A DNA stretch of 64,000 nucleotides, from IMG/VR virus record IMGVR_UViG_3300035670_010029, one strand, 5' to 3'. The notes under the pieces were generated by a model. That model was not told the DNA's origin, made no database searches, and worked only from the letters and a program-made list of their open reading frames with translations. Positions 1 to 13,400 of the stretch are shown here, in pieces; the stretch's first letter is position 1, and each line of letters opens with the position of its first letter. Source of the stretch: a virus. A program made the position numbers and the translations under genes.

Positions 1-3000
1 TTCTAAAAGTAATATTATCAGAACCCATTTTACTAGTATATCTTGCTCCATTAGCATTGATATAAGATATTATAGATCCTTCAATTTTACCAGCACAACC
101 CTCGTATTGTCTAGCTGATAGATCCGAGTTTTCATTAGAGAAAATACCGGCAAAATCTATTGTATAGTTCCATACAAACGACTGCCTATGATCCATAGAC
201 TGAATCACACCATTAGGTAAGTATTGTATGCTAATAGAATTATTAGCAGTAGCCTCTGTTGTTACATCTTTATGCCAATTTGATAATAGTTCAGTATTAT
301 TATCAGACAAAGTTCGTCCTCTAAGGTAAAATCTACTATATTGAGATGATCCAGCGAAATTAACATTATTACGAACAAAACTACCAGCACCAAATACATG
401 ATTATTATAGCAAGAATTAAGGGCTAGATCTCCTCCAACGGTAACTCCGGGAATAGCATCAACATTAGAAGATGATGATTCTGGCTGATAGGTTCTGAAG
501 CCTATTCCGTGTTCCCACGAATTACCATTATAGGTTAATAACAATCCATTACTTGAAGAAGTTAGAGGAAACCCATTTTTATCTACAGTAGCCAACCTAA
601 GATCTACTCTATCATCGCCTTGGTTAAGTGTAACAGATAGTGGGTGTATTCCTGTGAACTGAAAATTAAAGTCATCTAATACGTTGCCTAATCCAACATT
701 ACCATTAGCATCTAAAATTTTCAGATACTTATTAGCATTAGCAGCACCGGGCAATGTAGTAGGACTATTATCGCTTAACTGTAGACTTCTTGCTCTAATC
801 TTACCATTAACAACGAGTTTACCTGCCTCGTACCACGGACGTATACCATCTGTTAAAGATACGTTCCAATTTTCTTGATTACTTACTCCTATACCCAAAG
901 AGCCTGGAGTATTTTGATTAGCTGGTAGGGGCGTCCCTGCTGTATCGTATATAAGTCCTTTTTTATTAATAGACTCGTTTATGTCTACAACAATAAATTG
1001 ATTAGTAAGACCGGCATTATTAAATATAGTAGCTCCAGCAAAATTACTGCGATTACCGGTGTTTGAACTTAAAACAATATTACTAAAAGTATTAGATGGG
1101 CCAGTAATCAAAGAGGTGTCTGCTCCAGCAGGAGGAGTTCCTGTCATACCAATAGTAATAGCCTGTTCATTAGGATAGTATCTAAAACTATTTACTCCTG
1201 TAGATACATAATTACGATTAGTATACAACACAGAATATGGAGCAAAGCTTTTGCTTAATAGCCTGCCCTGCTGATCACTATACAACAATGTTCCGGTCAA
1301 AGAGGCTGGTAGTCTTATAGAGTTGTTAATATGCATATCAGCCATATAACCAGATACGCCACTAATGTTATATACCTGAATAGCATTTTCTGGTATTCTA
1401 GTTCTTAACAAATATACGCTAAGATCACCATCTACGTCATCTCTGAAACCACTACCCTTAACCACAAAATCATAAGCATAATCATTGCTAACTTCATTTA
1501 TAAACAAACCAGTAGGAGTAAAAATGACTACTCTTTCTTCTATAGATGTAGGATCATCTAAAGATATTGATCCGCCGCTTTCTCTATCTCCTCTTAAATA
1601 ATATAGTTCTTTAGTAGTAGTATTAAATACTAATTCTTTGAGACCACTACCTACTTTATCGGATGTTTTGAATAACAGCCCACTATTTGTTCCAGACAGA
1701 TTAACAGGAAGCTCCCAATTACCAACTCCTTGACTATTAGCTGTTAAAACATGACCAGATGTAGCAGACAACCCTACTCTAACGGACTGAGTGGTGATAG
1801 TGCCACTAACATCAAGATTGGATCTCGGATTGTCATTATTTACTCCTATTCTGTTGGTAGATAAATCTATCTTCATAGCTCTAACGCTATTACCAACAAT
1901 ATCTCCATTACTGCTATTAAAATAAACCGAATTCTGGAATTCTCCTGTATTAAACACGATCATTCTGTCGTCAAGAATCATTTTATTAGTATTATTACTA
2001 CCTATTTGTACAGCATCGTTGTAATATCCGCTAATACCATGACCAATTACTATATGCTTAACTCCTGACACCCTATTATTAGATCCTAATATAATTCCAC
2101 TAGAATGAGCATATCTGTTGTAAGATCCTATAACTACACTTTGAAAACCACATAATGGAGACAATACCGTATCATCTTGGTTCTGAGAAGCTCGTTGCAG
2201 CAACATAACATAACCAGATATCACAGGAGAGGTCCCATAGTCCTGATCAAATGCTTGTACAGTAGAATAGGGGACGGTATCTGCTATGTCTAGGCCATTG
2301 TTAATAACCAAGGTTGTAGTAAAATTTAAGCCTTCATTATTCTTTATTATGCCTAACGGAGAACCATTTTCTTCTCCGTCTAAAATATTGCGGATATAGG
2401 ATGAAACAGATTTTGAGCCAGGAGCATAAACATTGATTAGTAATTTATCTCCCCCGGTATAAGAATCAACATTGCCTTGTATGATAACATTAGTGTCATT
2501 AATAATACATGGATGTCTAATGATTCCAAGAGTATTGTTACTACCATAGATAACATTTAATGGTCCATGTATTTCGTTATCTTGTCCTACTGCCAAGCCG
2601 CTGGTGACTACTTCATTAGCGCCCAAAACAATATTGCCGCTACCAAAAACCTGAGTACGACCAAAAGGATCTGTGGCAACAACTATAGAATTCGAACCTA
2701 TAAGATCAATTTTGTTTCCGATGGTATTGTTATGAGAGCCGACAACAACATTACTGTTACCTATATTCTGGAGATAATTAGCCCCTCTTAAATTATTAAA
2801 AGAGCCTACTGTATTATTGCCCACTCCTGATACTAGTGAACGGTTACCAATAATTACTGCCCCACTAGCATGACTAGCAGCATTATTGATACCAAAAATA
2901 TTGGTATTTGTCATTGAACCATCTACTCTTAATGGAGCACCAACAATTGATCCATCAGAATAAACCCTAGCACCTGAAACATTATTTAATGCTCCAATAA

Positions 3001-4408
3001 TTGTATTGTTAATGCTTGTAGAAGGGGTGGCATTTTTAGGTCCAACAATCACATTGTTAGCAGCCAATCCACTAAGGTTGTTGTCATTGCCGACAATTAG
3101 TGAATCTTTGATAATGGCAACTTTGTTCGCTTGACCAATTACTAATAATCCTGTGGGAGATTCATTATTTGTTGTATTGTTGATACCTAGTACAATGCTT
3201 TCATCAAGACCATTTGAGGTTTGGTTTCCTAGTCCAATAATGACTGATCTTTTACTGTTGGCAAGGTTAATATTGCTACCAATATATATACCACTAGCAA
3301 TATTTTGTGGATTATTGTCGGTACCGATAGATACTATATCATATCCACCAACATCAGAATAACTTCCGTATACAATATTGTTCCATCCAGTAACAGATAT
3401 ATCAGAACCTACAGCAACATCTCTATAACCAGTAATACTAATGTCGTTACCCAAATAAATATTATTATCGCCCACAATATCATTACGAGAACCAAAACCG
3501 ATACCGGACGATCCCATAATGCTGGTTTCATTAAGCAGACCGACAACGGCACTTCCCACAACAGTATTATTGCTTCCTATCAACACATTGCTAGAACCAG
3601 AACTAATAACATTATGACCAATAACAATATTTGATATACCAGAAATATTAGAATCCGTAGTAAACGCTAGATTTAGATTTCCTTCTATATCGCTATTGTT
3701 AGAAATAATGAGTATTTTTTCGCCGCTACCATATACGTCATTGCCAATCACAATACCTGTAGTAGTTACTAATTGATTTTTAGAACCAACGTTTACATAA
3801 GAAACACCAGATAAATTATTGTTATATCCTACTACATTATATTTATGTCCATTAGCAATATTGAGCCCACCAAGAACAGTATCAACAACACTAGATCTAA
3901 AAACTGTTTGGTTAACACCGGTATGATCTACTGTAAAAATCATTTCACCACTAGTTTGACTAGTAGTAGCATTGAGAATACGAGACCTAATTTGTCCATA
4001 TATTATCTGATTATAATTGAGATCTCGTCCAGCCAAATCAATGGTAGCAGGATAACCTCCTACTTCTGGCAATGTTTGAGTATTGTGAATTAAAAGAACT
4101 CTAACGCCAGTAGGACAATTAGTAACATTCTCTATCTTTAAGCCTTCGTTGGCACACGAGGCCAAGATATGTAAAGCAGAGTCGGGATCGTCTAAGCCTA
4201 ATCCTAGGCGACCTGTAGAAGCATCAAAATATAAAACCTTATCTGTTGATTGTCCCTCTACAACAAAATCAATGTTTTGGTTGTTGTTGTTAAATACTGT
4301 AGGAACACCAGAAGTATCAGATAAGATAATATCATAGTTAGGGTCCGTACCAGAACCAACATAAAGAGTGCCCGATACAACATTAATTTCATCAAAATAT
4401 GCTGACAT
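1..4408 (-). CDS. Large fibre/spike-like virion protein with beta-helix/YadA-head-like repeats (partial, >1469 aa, runs off the left edge; absent from the ORF track)
   Basis: ATG at 4408 lies 11 nt after the TMP stop, with AAGGT upstream. My translation begins MSAYFDEINVVSGTLYVGSG. It has many (I/V)x(I/V)G-N/S repeats (about 2050-3880), RLGLGLDDPDSALHI and RIGVNNDNPRSNLDVSG fibre motifs, and GHVLTANSQGVGNW. The frame was spot-checked as consistent at 4408, 1870 and position 2. Confidence 0.8.
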   Translation of the reverse strand, partial: MSAYFDEINVVSGTLYVGSGTDPNYDIILSDTSGVPTVFNNNNQNIDFVVEGQSTDKVLYFDASTGRLGLGLDDPDSALHILASCANEGLKIENVTNCPTGVRVLLIHNTQTLPEVGGYPATIDLAGRDLNYNQIIYGQIRSRILNATTSQTSGEMIFTVDHTGVNQTVFRSSVVDTVLGGLNIANGHKYNVVGYNNNLSGVSYVNVGSKNQLVTTTGIVIGNDVYGSGEKILIISNNSDIEGNLNLAFTTDSNISGISNIVIGHNVISSGSSNVLIGSNNTVVGSAVVGLLNETSIMGSSGIGFGSRNDIVGDNNIYLGNDISITGYRDVAVGSDISVTGWNNIVYGSYSDVGGYDIVSIGTDNNPQNIASGIYIGSNINLANSKRSVIIGLGNQTSNGLDESIVLGINNTTNNESPTGLLVIGQANKVAIIKDSLIVGNDNNLSGLAANNVIVGPKNATPSTSINNTIIGALNNVSGARVYSDGSIVGAPLRVDGSMTNTNIFGINNAASHASGAVIIGNRSLVSGVGNNTVGSFNNLRGANYLQNIGNSNVVVGSHNNTIGNKIDLIGSNSIVVATDPFGRTQVFGSGNIVLGANEVVTSGLAVGQDNEIHGPLNVIYGSNNTLGIIRHPCIINDTNVIIQGNVDSYTGGDKLLINVYAPGSKSVSSYIRNILDGEENGSPLGIIKNNEGLNFTTTLVINNGLDIADTVPYSTVQAFDQDYGTSPVISGYVMLLQRASQNQDDTVLSPLCGFQSVVIGSYNRYAHSSGIILGSNNRVSGVKHIVIGHGISGYYNDAVQIGSNNTNKMILDDRMIVFNTGEFQNSVYFNSSNGDIVGNSVRAMKIDLSTNRIGVNNDNPRSNLDVSGTITTQSVRVGLSATSGHVLTANSQGVGNWELPVNLSGTNSGLLFKTSDKVGSGLKELVFNTTTKELYYLRGDRESGGSISLDDPTSIEERVVIFTPTGLFINEVSNDYAYDFVVKGSGFRDDVDGDLSVYLLRTRIPENAIQVYNISGVSGYMADMHINNSIRLPASLTGTLLYSDQQGRLLSKSFAPYSVLYTNRNYVSTGVNSFRYYPNEQAITIGMTGTPPAGADTSLITGPSNTFSNIVLSSNTGNRSNFAGATIFNNAGLTNQFIVVDINESINKKGLIYDTAGTPLPANQNTPGSLGIGVSNQENWNVSLTDGIRPWYEAGKLVVNGKIRARSLQLSDNSPTTLPGAANANKYLKILDANGNVGLGNVLDDFNFQFTGIHPLSVTLNQGDDRVDLRLATVDKNGFPLTSSSNGLLLTYNGNSWEHGIGFRTYQPESSSSNVDAIPGVTVGGDLALNSCYNNHVFGAGSFVRNNVNFAGSSQYSRFYLRGRTLSDNNTELLSNWHKDVTTEATANNSISIQYLPNGVIQSMDHRQSFVWNYTIDFAGIFSNENSDLSARQYEGCAGKIEGSIISYINANGARYTSKMGSDNITFR

Positions 4409-4419
4409 TTGTTTTACCT

Positions 4420-7400
4420 TTATTGTTTAGTTGGATCTGGAATACTACCTTCTGACTCCGCATTTAATCTACTGAATGCCGATTGTACTTCTCTTCTTAT
4501 TAAACCACTTAAAGGACCGTCCAATAATTCTTGCAGCGCTTGTGCTCCATTAACAACCACTTCTACCTTATGATTACCATTAACATTAATTTCTGGTGGT
4601 AAGTTTAGCTTGCTTAACTGAGTAATAAATTGATCAAATTTAGCTGTAAACTGGCCAAGACCATCTAATCCTCCAACACCATTTGCTTGTACTCCATTAT
4701 TTACACCGCCACCAGCCACGATCTGTTGCATAATAGCGCCAAACTGAGTCATAACCTGATTAACGCCTGTTAATAGGGTTCCAAAAATTGTTAATTGTTT
4801 ATTGACATTTCCAGCATTGCTAGGATCAAATGCTGCTTGTGCTGCCTGTGATACTCTCTGCTGTGTCTGAGGAGATATTTGTGGCATAGCCGCTTGTGCC
4901 GGAGCTTGTCTTTGAGCTGCCACAGGAGCCGCACCAGCAACCAATTGTCTCATAGCTACTTGAGGAGAAATGCCTTGTTCACGAGATATCTCTAGTGCTT
5001 TACCTCTTTGATTTGCTATTTCGCGTGCTTTGGCCTGAGGAGATTTTGCTAATCGCTCTTTTAATACTTCAGAGCCTCTTTCTTCGGAACGCGAACGTAT
5101 TGCGTCTTGTCTGGCTTGTTCAGCTTGTCTTTTTGCTGTCGCTGCTGCTATCCTCTCTGCTTTTATTTTCTCTCTTTCTGCTTTAAGTCTTTCGACTTTT
5201 TCTTCTTTGGTTTCTTTTGTGCCTTCAGACAAATACGAGACAGCACCACCTTTGTTATAGGCCCCACTATTAATCTTGTGTAACAGAGGAAGGTGTGACT
5301 GGGTAGCTTGTCGATTAACAACAAATTCACCAGGAGTAAGCATTGCGGGGATGGTGTCTGTACCTCTTGGTTGATACGGTACCAACATACCTTCGGATGC
5401 ATAAACTGTATCGGGTATGTCTCCTAATACTTGATCTGGTTTAGGTTTGGGCTTAGCTTTATTCTTTTTATCAAAACTGGCCAACCACTTACTACGCATG
5501 GAGTCATTCTTAGTGTTGTAGTAATTATACTCTCCAAGTTTACGTTGATAATAATTATATGCGCTCTTAAATTGCGACTCGATACCTTTTGCAGCAAAAA
5601 TAGCTCGTGTACTTCTATCTCCTTCTTCTATGGTTCTGAGAGGACTGCCATCTCGATTAACAATTGATGGCAAACCACTAGCATCATTAAAAGTGTCATT
5701 TGTCGTAGTTTCAGGTATTGTTGCTGGGCTAGACGATTCAGAACCAGGCCAGGGCATACCTCCTTGGTCGGAATCTACTCCTAAATATTGACGAGGTTTT
5801 CCTCCTTCGCTTAAATAATTAACCAATCCACCAAACGACTTATAACTACCTCTACCTAATCCAGCATTATTTCTTGCATTTTGAGCTAGTTTCTTTTGTT
5901 CTAGTGTTTGAGCATTTAATAGCAATTTTTTGTTTTTTTCAACACTGCCAGCAACAATAGAGCCTCCATCTCTTTCATCAAATGCAGTAAATCGTCCGCT
6001 TTCATTTTTTTCTACGAATTTATTGTCTTGGAAAGATAATGATTTTTCTTTGACATACAAAGCAGGAGTTTTGAACAGGTTTTTGATTGGTGGTTGTGGT
6101 GCGGATCCGTTCTTTATTAAATTGTTTAACCATTCTTTATATGTAAGCTCATCATAATAGTTTGGTAATTCACCATCAGCAATCGGAAGCTCTTCTGGAT
6201 TCATTACGGGAGGAGCGCCCATTGCTATTTTTTGCATAGCAGCATCATTATTTGCTTGTTCTGGCTTGTTTATTATTGGATTATCTGGACTTGGAGGATT
6301 AATATTGTCTGGTGTCTTCGATACTGGTTTGGTATTTTGATTAGCTAATTGAGTAGCGGCATATATTCCTCCCAAGGCTAAAGCTCCAACAATATATTTT
6401 TTTCTACCTCCTAATATATTTTTTGTTTTATTTCTAGTCCAATCGAACCAAGACCTATCCTCAAACTTTATACTAGGATCATCTATACCTTTGCTTAAGG
6501 CTCGTCTACCCTCTTTGGATAGCCCTTGTTCCGCATCTGCTAACGCTTTTGTTCTAGTTTGCTGCCAAACGGTGTCAGATTCCATATCTTTGGATATAAT
6601 ACCTTCAATAACGTCGTCATTGCGAGACACTTTCAAAGGAGGGCCTAAATCTACAGACCATCCTTGTTTCATAGCCTTGTCTGTAAACTCTTCTATGCCT
6701 GAGTCCTTATAAAGAATAGCTTTAAGAGCATCGCTATCAGACACACCACTACTAATAGCATCTTGATAAGCTTTTTGTGTAGCCGTATTGTTGCGAATAA
6801 AATTATCAATAGAGTCAATTCCAAATTCTAGTTCTTTTTCAACATTATCTATATAAGCATTGATCCTATTTGACTGAGCATCTTGTACCATAGCCTTAAA
6901 CTGATTTAACCTGTCTTCTACTAATAATCTCTGTGCTTTAGGTAGTTTAATAATATCACTATTATCAGATGCTTTAGTGGCCAGAGAAGCAGAATCGGTT
7001 ACATCATCAGCTTTATTGGGAACGGAGACGGTTTGTGTGGCAGTTTTTGTCCCAGCATTTCTGTTTGGTCTTAATTGTTTAATAGCGTCACCAAAAGATG
7101 GAGCATCTTCTAGAATTTTAGCTGTTTGAGGATTAACAGCAGCTTCAGCAAAAATATCCAAATTATCTATAACAAAACCGAGTTTATTCGCGCCCTCTCC
7201 CAAATTATTTAACCAACTTTTGAATGTTGGCATAGCTTCGCCAGCAGCAATAATAGTCTTAGCTATACTCGGGGTAATATTTGTCCCCAAAGAAGATATT
7301 CCTTTAACAACATTACCGATCAATGGCAGTTTTTGTGCGCCGCTAACCATTGATCCAACATCAGATAATCTATCTACAACGCTTAATGCTTGTGCTCCTT

Positions 7401-10400
7401 TACCAGCTAGACTTGTTCCTGTGCTAAAACCCATACTAGACAAGGCTTGCGCTGCTTGAGAAGCAACAAAACCTACTGTTTGAGCACCTTCGGTAATAGC
7501 AGCAGCGCTTTCTCCCATGCCCTGTCTTACAGACTCTACTCTAGCCGCATCCCCTACCTGAAGAGCGGTTTGTTCACCTGTCTGAATTGGTCCACTTCCA
7601 GCTAAGGCTTGACCTAACTCTACTGTACTATAAGCTCCTTGTACTAATGCTTGTTCGCCAACCTGAGCAAATGCTTGTCCTGCAGCTTGTCCTGATTCGC
7701 TACCAAGCAAATACGACCCTCCCTGTACAGCGCGACCAGCCACAGAGATACCAGCACCAGCTACCACATTAGCAGCCCCGTAAGCTGCTCTACCAGTAGC
7801 CTCTCCCACTCCTCCTAGCCATCCTAGTCCTGCTATTAGCGGATTTTTACTTTGTATCCATAATTTATTTTGTGCCGTTCCGCCATCTGCTAAGTAATTA
7901 ACAATACCGCCAGAAGACAAAGTGTTACTATTAATAGCTTTTAATAAAGGTAGATTTTTTTGAGTTGCTGATCTATTGACTACAAATTCTCCTGGCGTTA
8001 ACATAGCAGGAACAGTATCTGTCCCTCGTGGTTGAAAATTAACTAAGTTTGCTCCATTCTGAGCATATATTATTCCACCCATAGCCCTATTAACTGGTTC
8101 GGCCACTGCTCCTCTACTGGCAAACCATGATAAGCTAGGTAGCGCACCGAATGCATTAGCAAAACCAAAAAACATATGTGCTTGCATAGCATCGTCATAA
8201 TATTTTTGTCCATCATTAGCAAAAGACGCCGCAAAATTACTCATTCTGGCAGCGTTATCCGGTTGCGCCATAGCATCAAAGAAATAATCTTGACCCACCC
8301 AATTACCTTTGCCTCCATACCAATTCATGAGTCTATATAATCCTTCTCTGATGAAACCTAATGTTATTTGATCAAAATATGGCATACCATTAGGACCACG
8401 TAAATTAAACAAATCATCTCCAAATTTTTGTATTAATCCTGATCTAACTTTTGTTCCATTAAATTCATTATATGGATTAAATAATACCTTTACTAAATCA
8501 TTAACCGTAGCATTTTCTGGAATGGCACCCGCTAGGTTTGTTGGTGTTAGTGTGCCATCTCTACCAACTACTTTAATTTGGGTTCCTTGCAATTGGTTGC
8601 CTAATATATTTTTCCAATCAGGACTTAATTGTAAACCAGCTACTTTGCCGGCTCTTGCTGACATGCCAAAACTACGAAAGACTCCAGCAATCGGCGCTTT
8701 AGCATCATAGAATTGTTTTAATAAAGCGGTGTCTCCTCCAGCAATAGCACCAAAAGCGTTAGCAGCACCGCTGATCATAGTCATAATATTATCTAGAGCA
8801 TTATATGATTGGATACTATTTGCTCTGTTTTGCAATTGAGAAACATACGTTCCGGCTTGATTCAAAATAGAGGACATATATTGAGAGGCTCCTTTAGGAT
8901 TACCTCCTAAAGCTAACCTAATAGCCTGCGGAGCGCCAGCATTAGACAACCATCCAGCAGAGACACCGGGAAGTCTTAATCCTCCAAATAAAGCCATAGA
9001 ACCCCTAATTAGAGCTGCTGTAGCCTGTGGCAGATCCGCATCGGTTAATACAGAACCTTTGGTTATTTTAGACTGATCCACCTTACCAGCAGATAGTGAC
9101 ATTTCTTGTTGAAACTGTGCTAGCTTATCTAGTACAAACTCGCCTATATTCACAGATAATGGCTGCTGGCTTATATCGGTAAATACATCTGCACCTGATG
9201 AGATACTACCTAAATATTTAGTTAAAGACGTACCCTGACCAAACGTTAGATTAAGTTGTGATGCTACTTTAGCTGCTTGTTGTTCAGCGTTGGGGTCTTT
9301 ATTAACTCTCATCTTTATTAGGTCTTGGAAATCCTGAAGTAGTTTTGGATCATTAATACTAGAAGCATTAATAATATCATTAGGTCCATATTGTTTGGCA
9401 GTAAACAGTCTTCTTTGGGACTTGTCTAGTGTGTTAAACAGCGTGCCCACTATGTTATTTGGTAATAGGGTGTCTATTGTTCTATTTGGATCAAATTTAC
9501 CAGTAGTCGCATCATAAAATTGACCCGTATATTTCTCATATGCTATAGGAACATCTATGGAAGGATTTTTGCCATTAATGGGTATTGGTAATGTTAATTT
9601 AATGTTGTCAGATATTAGGCTGCTAGATACCACGCCCTTGGCATTCAGAGTATTTTTTTTCGCCTCGTCCATAAACGTTTGACCAAGATAATCTTCTATG
9701 TTGCCATTGATCATAACTGGAAATGACTTAGAAATACGATTTATTTCATCTGTTAATACGAATGGCTTACCTAAATTAAATTCTGGATCAAATTTTGCCG
9801 GTGGGGCTCCTACCAATCCAAACTTAACTCTATCTCTTCTTGCTCTTTCTATATTAGCTTGTACCGACTCTATAGCTGTTCTAAACGACGGTTCTAATGA
9901 TGGTTGAGCCACAACAGCACTACTCGCGCCTTGAGTAATAAGCTCGTCTAGTGGAGACAATTCAGAGCCAGTTAAAGAAATATATTGTTGTGTATTATTA
10001 AATAATGCAGATAGCTTGTCTCCTAGTGCTTGACCAGATCCGTCATCCACGTAACCCAACCTGCCTTGTAAAAATTCTAGTGTGTTTTTATATAGCTCAT
10101 AGTTTGGTTTATGATTTTTTGTATTAGCTTCGTCTATTTTAAATCCTGGTAAAATATGCTGCTGTTTCGTCATTGGCTCACTTACAAAAGACGGGGTTTG
10201 TCCATTGTGTGGTTCCCAGCTTTCCGAACTCCATTCTGTGTCAGCATATGGACTACCAGTAACAAAAGACGGTTTGTTAACGGACACCGCCATTGCCATT
10301 CCAGGAGCCCAGCCGGCCGGATTGTAAAATGCTCTTTTATAATACCAAACTTTAAAAGCTTGACTTTTTTGTATTTGATCGGAGCTGGCCCCTATATAGG

Positions 10401-13400
10401 GTTTATCAAAAGACACCCCATAACTTTTATCTACTAATGTAGATTCCCACTTATTGGGAGTAGGATCTGGAAAATCTGCTGTGGTTGGTGGTTTATCTCT
10501 ATATAAAGATTTATCTAGTATGCTTTCTGGTTTTGGTCCGCCATCTATACCAAGTAGCATAGTTTTAACTTTGTCTTGATATTCTTTTTCTTGGGCTTGA
10601 AAAATTTGTTTACCGGTAAACGCACCAAGCCCTAAATACAAACTATTGTTATCTTTAACTTTTGCTAAACCACCACGAATCCTAGACGAAGCTTGTGCTG
10701 CAGCGTCGTTCTTTGCGTAATCATACTGATCCCTGCCTTGCTTCACTATTGTTGGCGTTGCGCCAACTCTCACCGAACCCATTGACTTGTCTATAATATT
10801 ATCAGCATTTAGATCAAAAGAGGATGTAGGCAGTGCATTAGAAGCACCAAAAGATAATGTGTAACTATTTGGCAGATCATATATATTACTAGAACCTTTT
10901 TGCCATATTTCTGCTGCAGAGTCTGTTGGTTCAATAATTGGTTTTTCAGTCAACATGCCTTGTTGTTTGATATTGTCTGGCTTTCCCCAGTTTGTGATTA
11001 ATCCTCCAGCGTTATAATATCCGACACGGCCACCCGATTGTAAGCTGTTATTATTAATTTGTTGTAGTAATGGCAGGTGTTTTTGTGTCGCTGATCGATT
11101 AATAACAAACTCGCCAGGAGTTAACATCGCCGGTACGGTATCTGTTCCTCTGGGCTGAAAGTTAACCAACTGACCCTCCGCAGCATAAACTAAACCTCCA
11201 GTAGCTATGCCGGCAACTGGTGGTACCGCTCCAGCTCCTCCTACTGGTGGTTTTGGTTGTTGAGCAATAGATACGAGGGTATTGATGTTTCGTCCAATAT
11301 CGGATAGCTCTCTATTTTGAAATGTTAAAATAGTATTGGTCAAACCATCTATAATAGCTTTGCTGTTTTTGGACGCAATATCGTTTGCCAAATTCTGATC
11401 AAGCTGTCCTAGTAATCTAGTAGCCGCTGATTGTTCCGCTATGGCCTGATTATAATATTGTATAGCTGCGGCAGTCGCTGGATCTTGTTCGGGATTTCTT
11501 AACGAGTTTAAAATTTGTTGAAACATCGGAGAGACCCCCATCCCCGACTCTTGTAGCATAGTTTCTAATACGTTAGCTCTTGTATTGTTGGCTTGTTGAT
11601 TATCTCCTAAAAATGGCAAAATATCCTGTAGTGCTCCTAATGTGTCTTTTCGCTCATTAGCAAAAGCTGTTTGTGCTGCTCTCATTGCTTCCATTGCAGA
11701 AGCACCATTATTAATTGCATCTTGATAAGCTTTTTGGGCTCCAATACTATTTTGTATAGTATTTTGTTGTCCATTCATATTTCTTTGTAGTCTATACAAA
11801 GATTGGTTTAAAGACTCTAGTTCATCGGGAGTGCTAGTAACTACTTTCTCTAAGAAACTTATTCTGCCAGTTGCTTTTTGTTGAGCTTCTTGCATAGCAT
11901 TCATAGCAGCACTAGCTTTTTCAGTATTATTAGCCATCTCTTCTAAAGCTGCTCTGTTTTCTCTTAGAGAAATATTAGTGGCTTTAAGATCATTGTTAAA
12001 TCTAACAAAATCTTGAACACCAGCTGGGCCTTTCTCTGCCGACTGCTGAACAGACGACTGTTGAATTTCTCTGGTTCTATTGAGTTTAAGGACGGCATTG
12101 AAAATATCCGCTGGATCCGTGATTCCTCCTGTTTGTCTACCAACAGAAGCATTTCTTTTAGCAAAAACATCTGCTACAGATATTGTTCGATTTAATGTTT
12201 TTGATAACTCTAACTGAGAGTCGGCCGTAATGTCTATAGACTTTCTGGATCGTTCTCTAGCACTAATTTCTAAATCAATAATTTTATTCAAGTTATTAGC
12301 ATACTGATTAAGAATATTTTGATAATTTTGTAAGGCTTTGATAGCCACAGACTGAGCATCTTTAGCTGTCTCTATAACAGAATTTAATCCAGCCAATTTT
12401 TCTGATAATTGAGCAAAATCCACTTTATCATCGCCGGATTTTCTCAGATCTACCAATGTACTACCGACTTCTTTAGCTAGTTTATCTGCTAATTCTGGAG
12501 GCAAGCCTAAACCCTTAAGCTCAGCTCTTATGTTTTTATCAACGGCCCTAGCAATAACTTCGTTGGAAGAATCTGGTCCTTGGTTTTTTAGTGTATCATT
12601 AATTGTAGACATAACTGTATTTTCTACAGTCTCGCCTAAATTCATTAGTTGTTGCATCTCTGGCTGTCTATTACCAAACAATGATCCGGCTGAGGATTGA
12701 GCTGCTGATACTCGTCCTGCTCCGTATGATCTTGGATTTTCAATAATATTCGCAGATGCTAGATCTATATTTCCTACTTTTGCCTGGCCCTGCAAAGCCG
12801 CTGTTGTTAGATCTATATTTTCTGACATAGACTTAAGAGAGAATGCTGTTGCATTAATGGCCTGTTCCATATTAGTAAACATTCTTTTTAAAGAACGCGT
12901 ATATACAGAAACCATAGCTCCTAAGTTTTTCTGATCTTTTTCTCTCTGAGCAACAGCTGCTGCTTGCCTGGTCTTATTAGCTCCCTCTATAGTAATTATT
13001 TCTTCTATTAGCTCTTTTTTTCTCTTCTCAGTTAAACCAGTACTGAGTTCTATCTGTCTTATTTGCTTATTAAGAGCCGTGTCTGCATAAACCAAAGATC
13101 TGGCAAAATCATCAAATTCTGCACTGCCTAAAATATCTCCTACGTTTTCTCCAGATTTAATACGAGCTTGGATTAGCTGATTAATACCTTCTGCTATTGG
13201 TTGAAAAGATTGACTAGATTCTTGTGCTTGAGCACCGACCATTTTACCAGCTTTAGCCTCGTATGTGTCCGCTCCGCCAAACAATGTACGAAAATATTCT
13301 ATTGTTCCTTCTTTTTCTAAAACCTGAGATCTTACTGCTGCTTGACGAGAAGCCCCATTGCCTTGTATCGAAGAAAATAGAACATCCAATCCATTAATCC

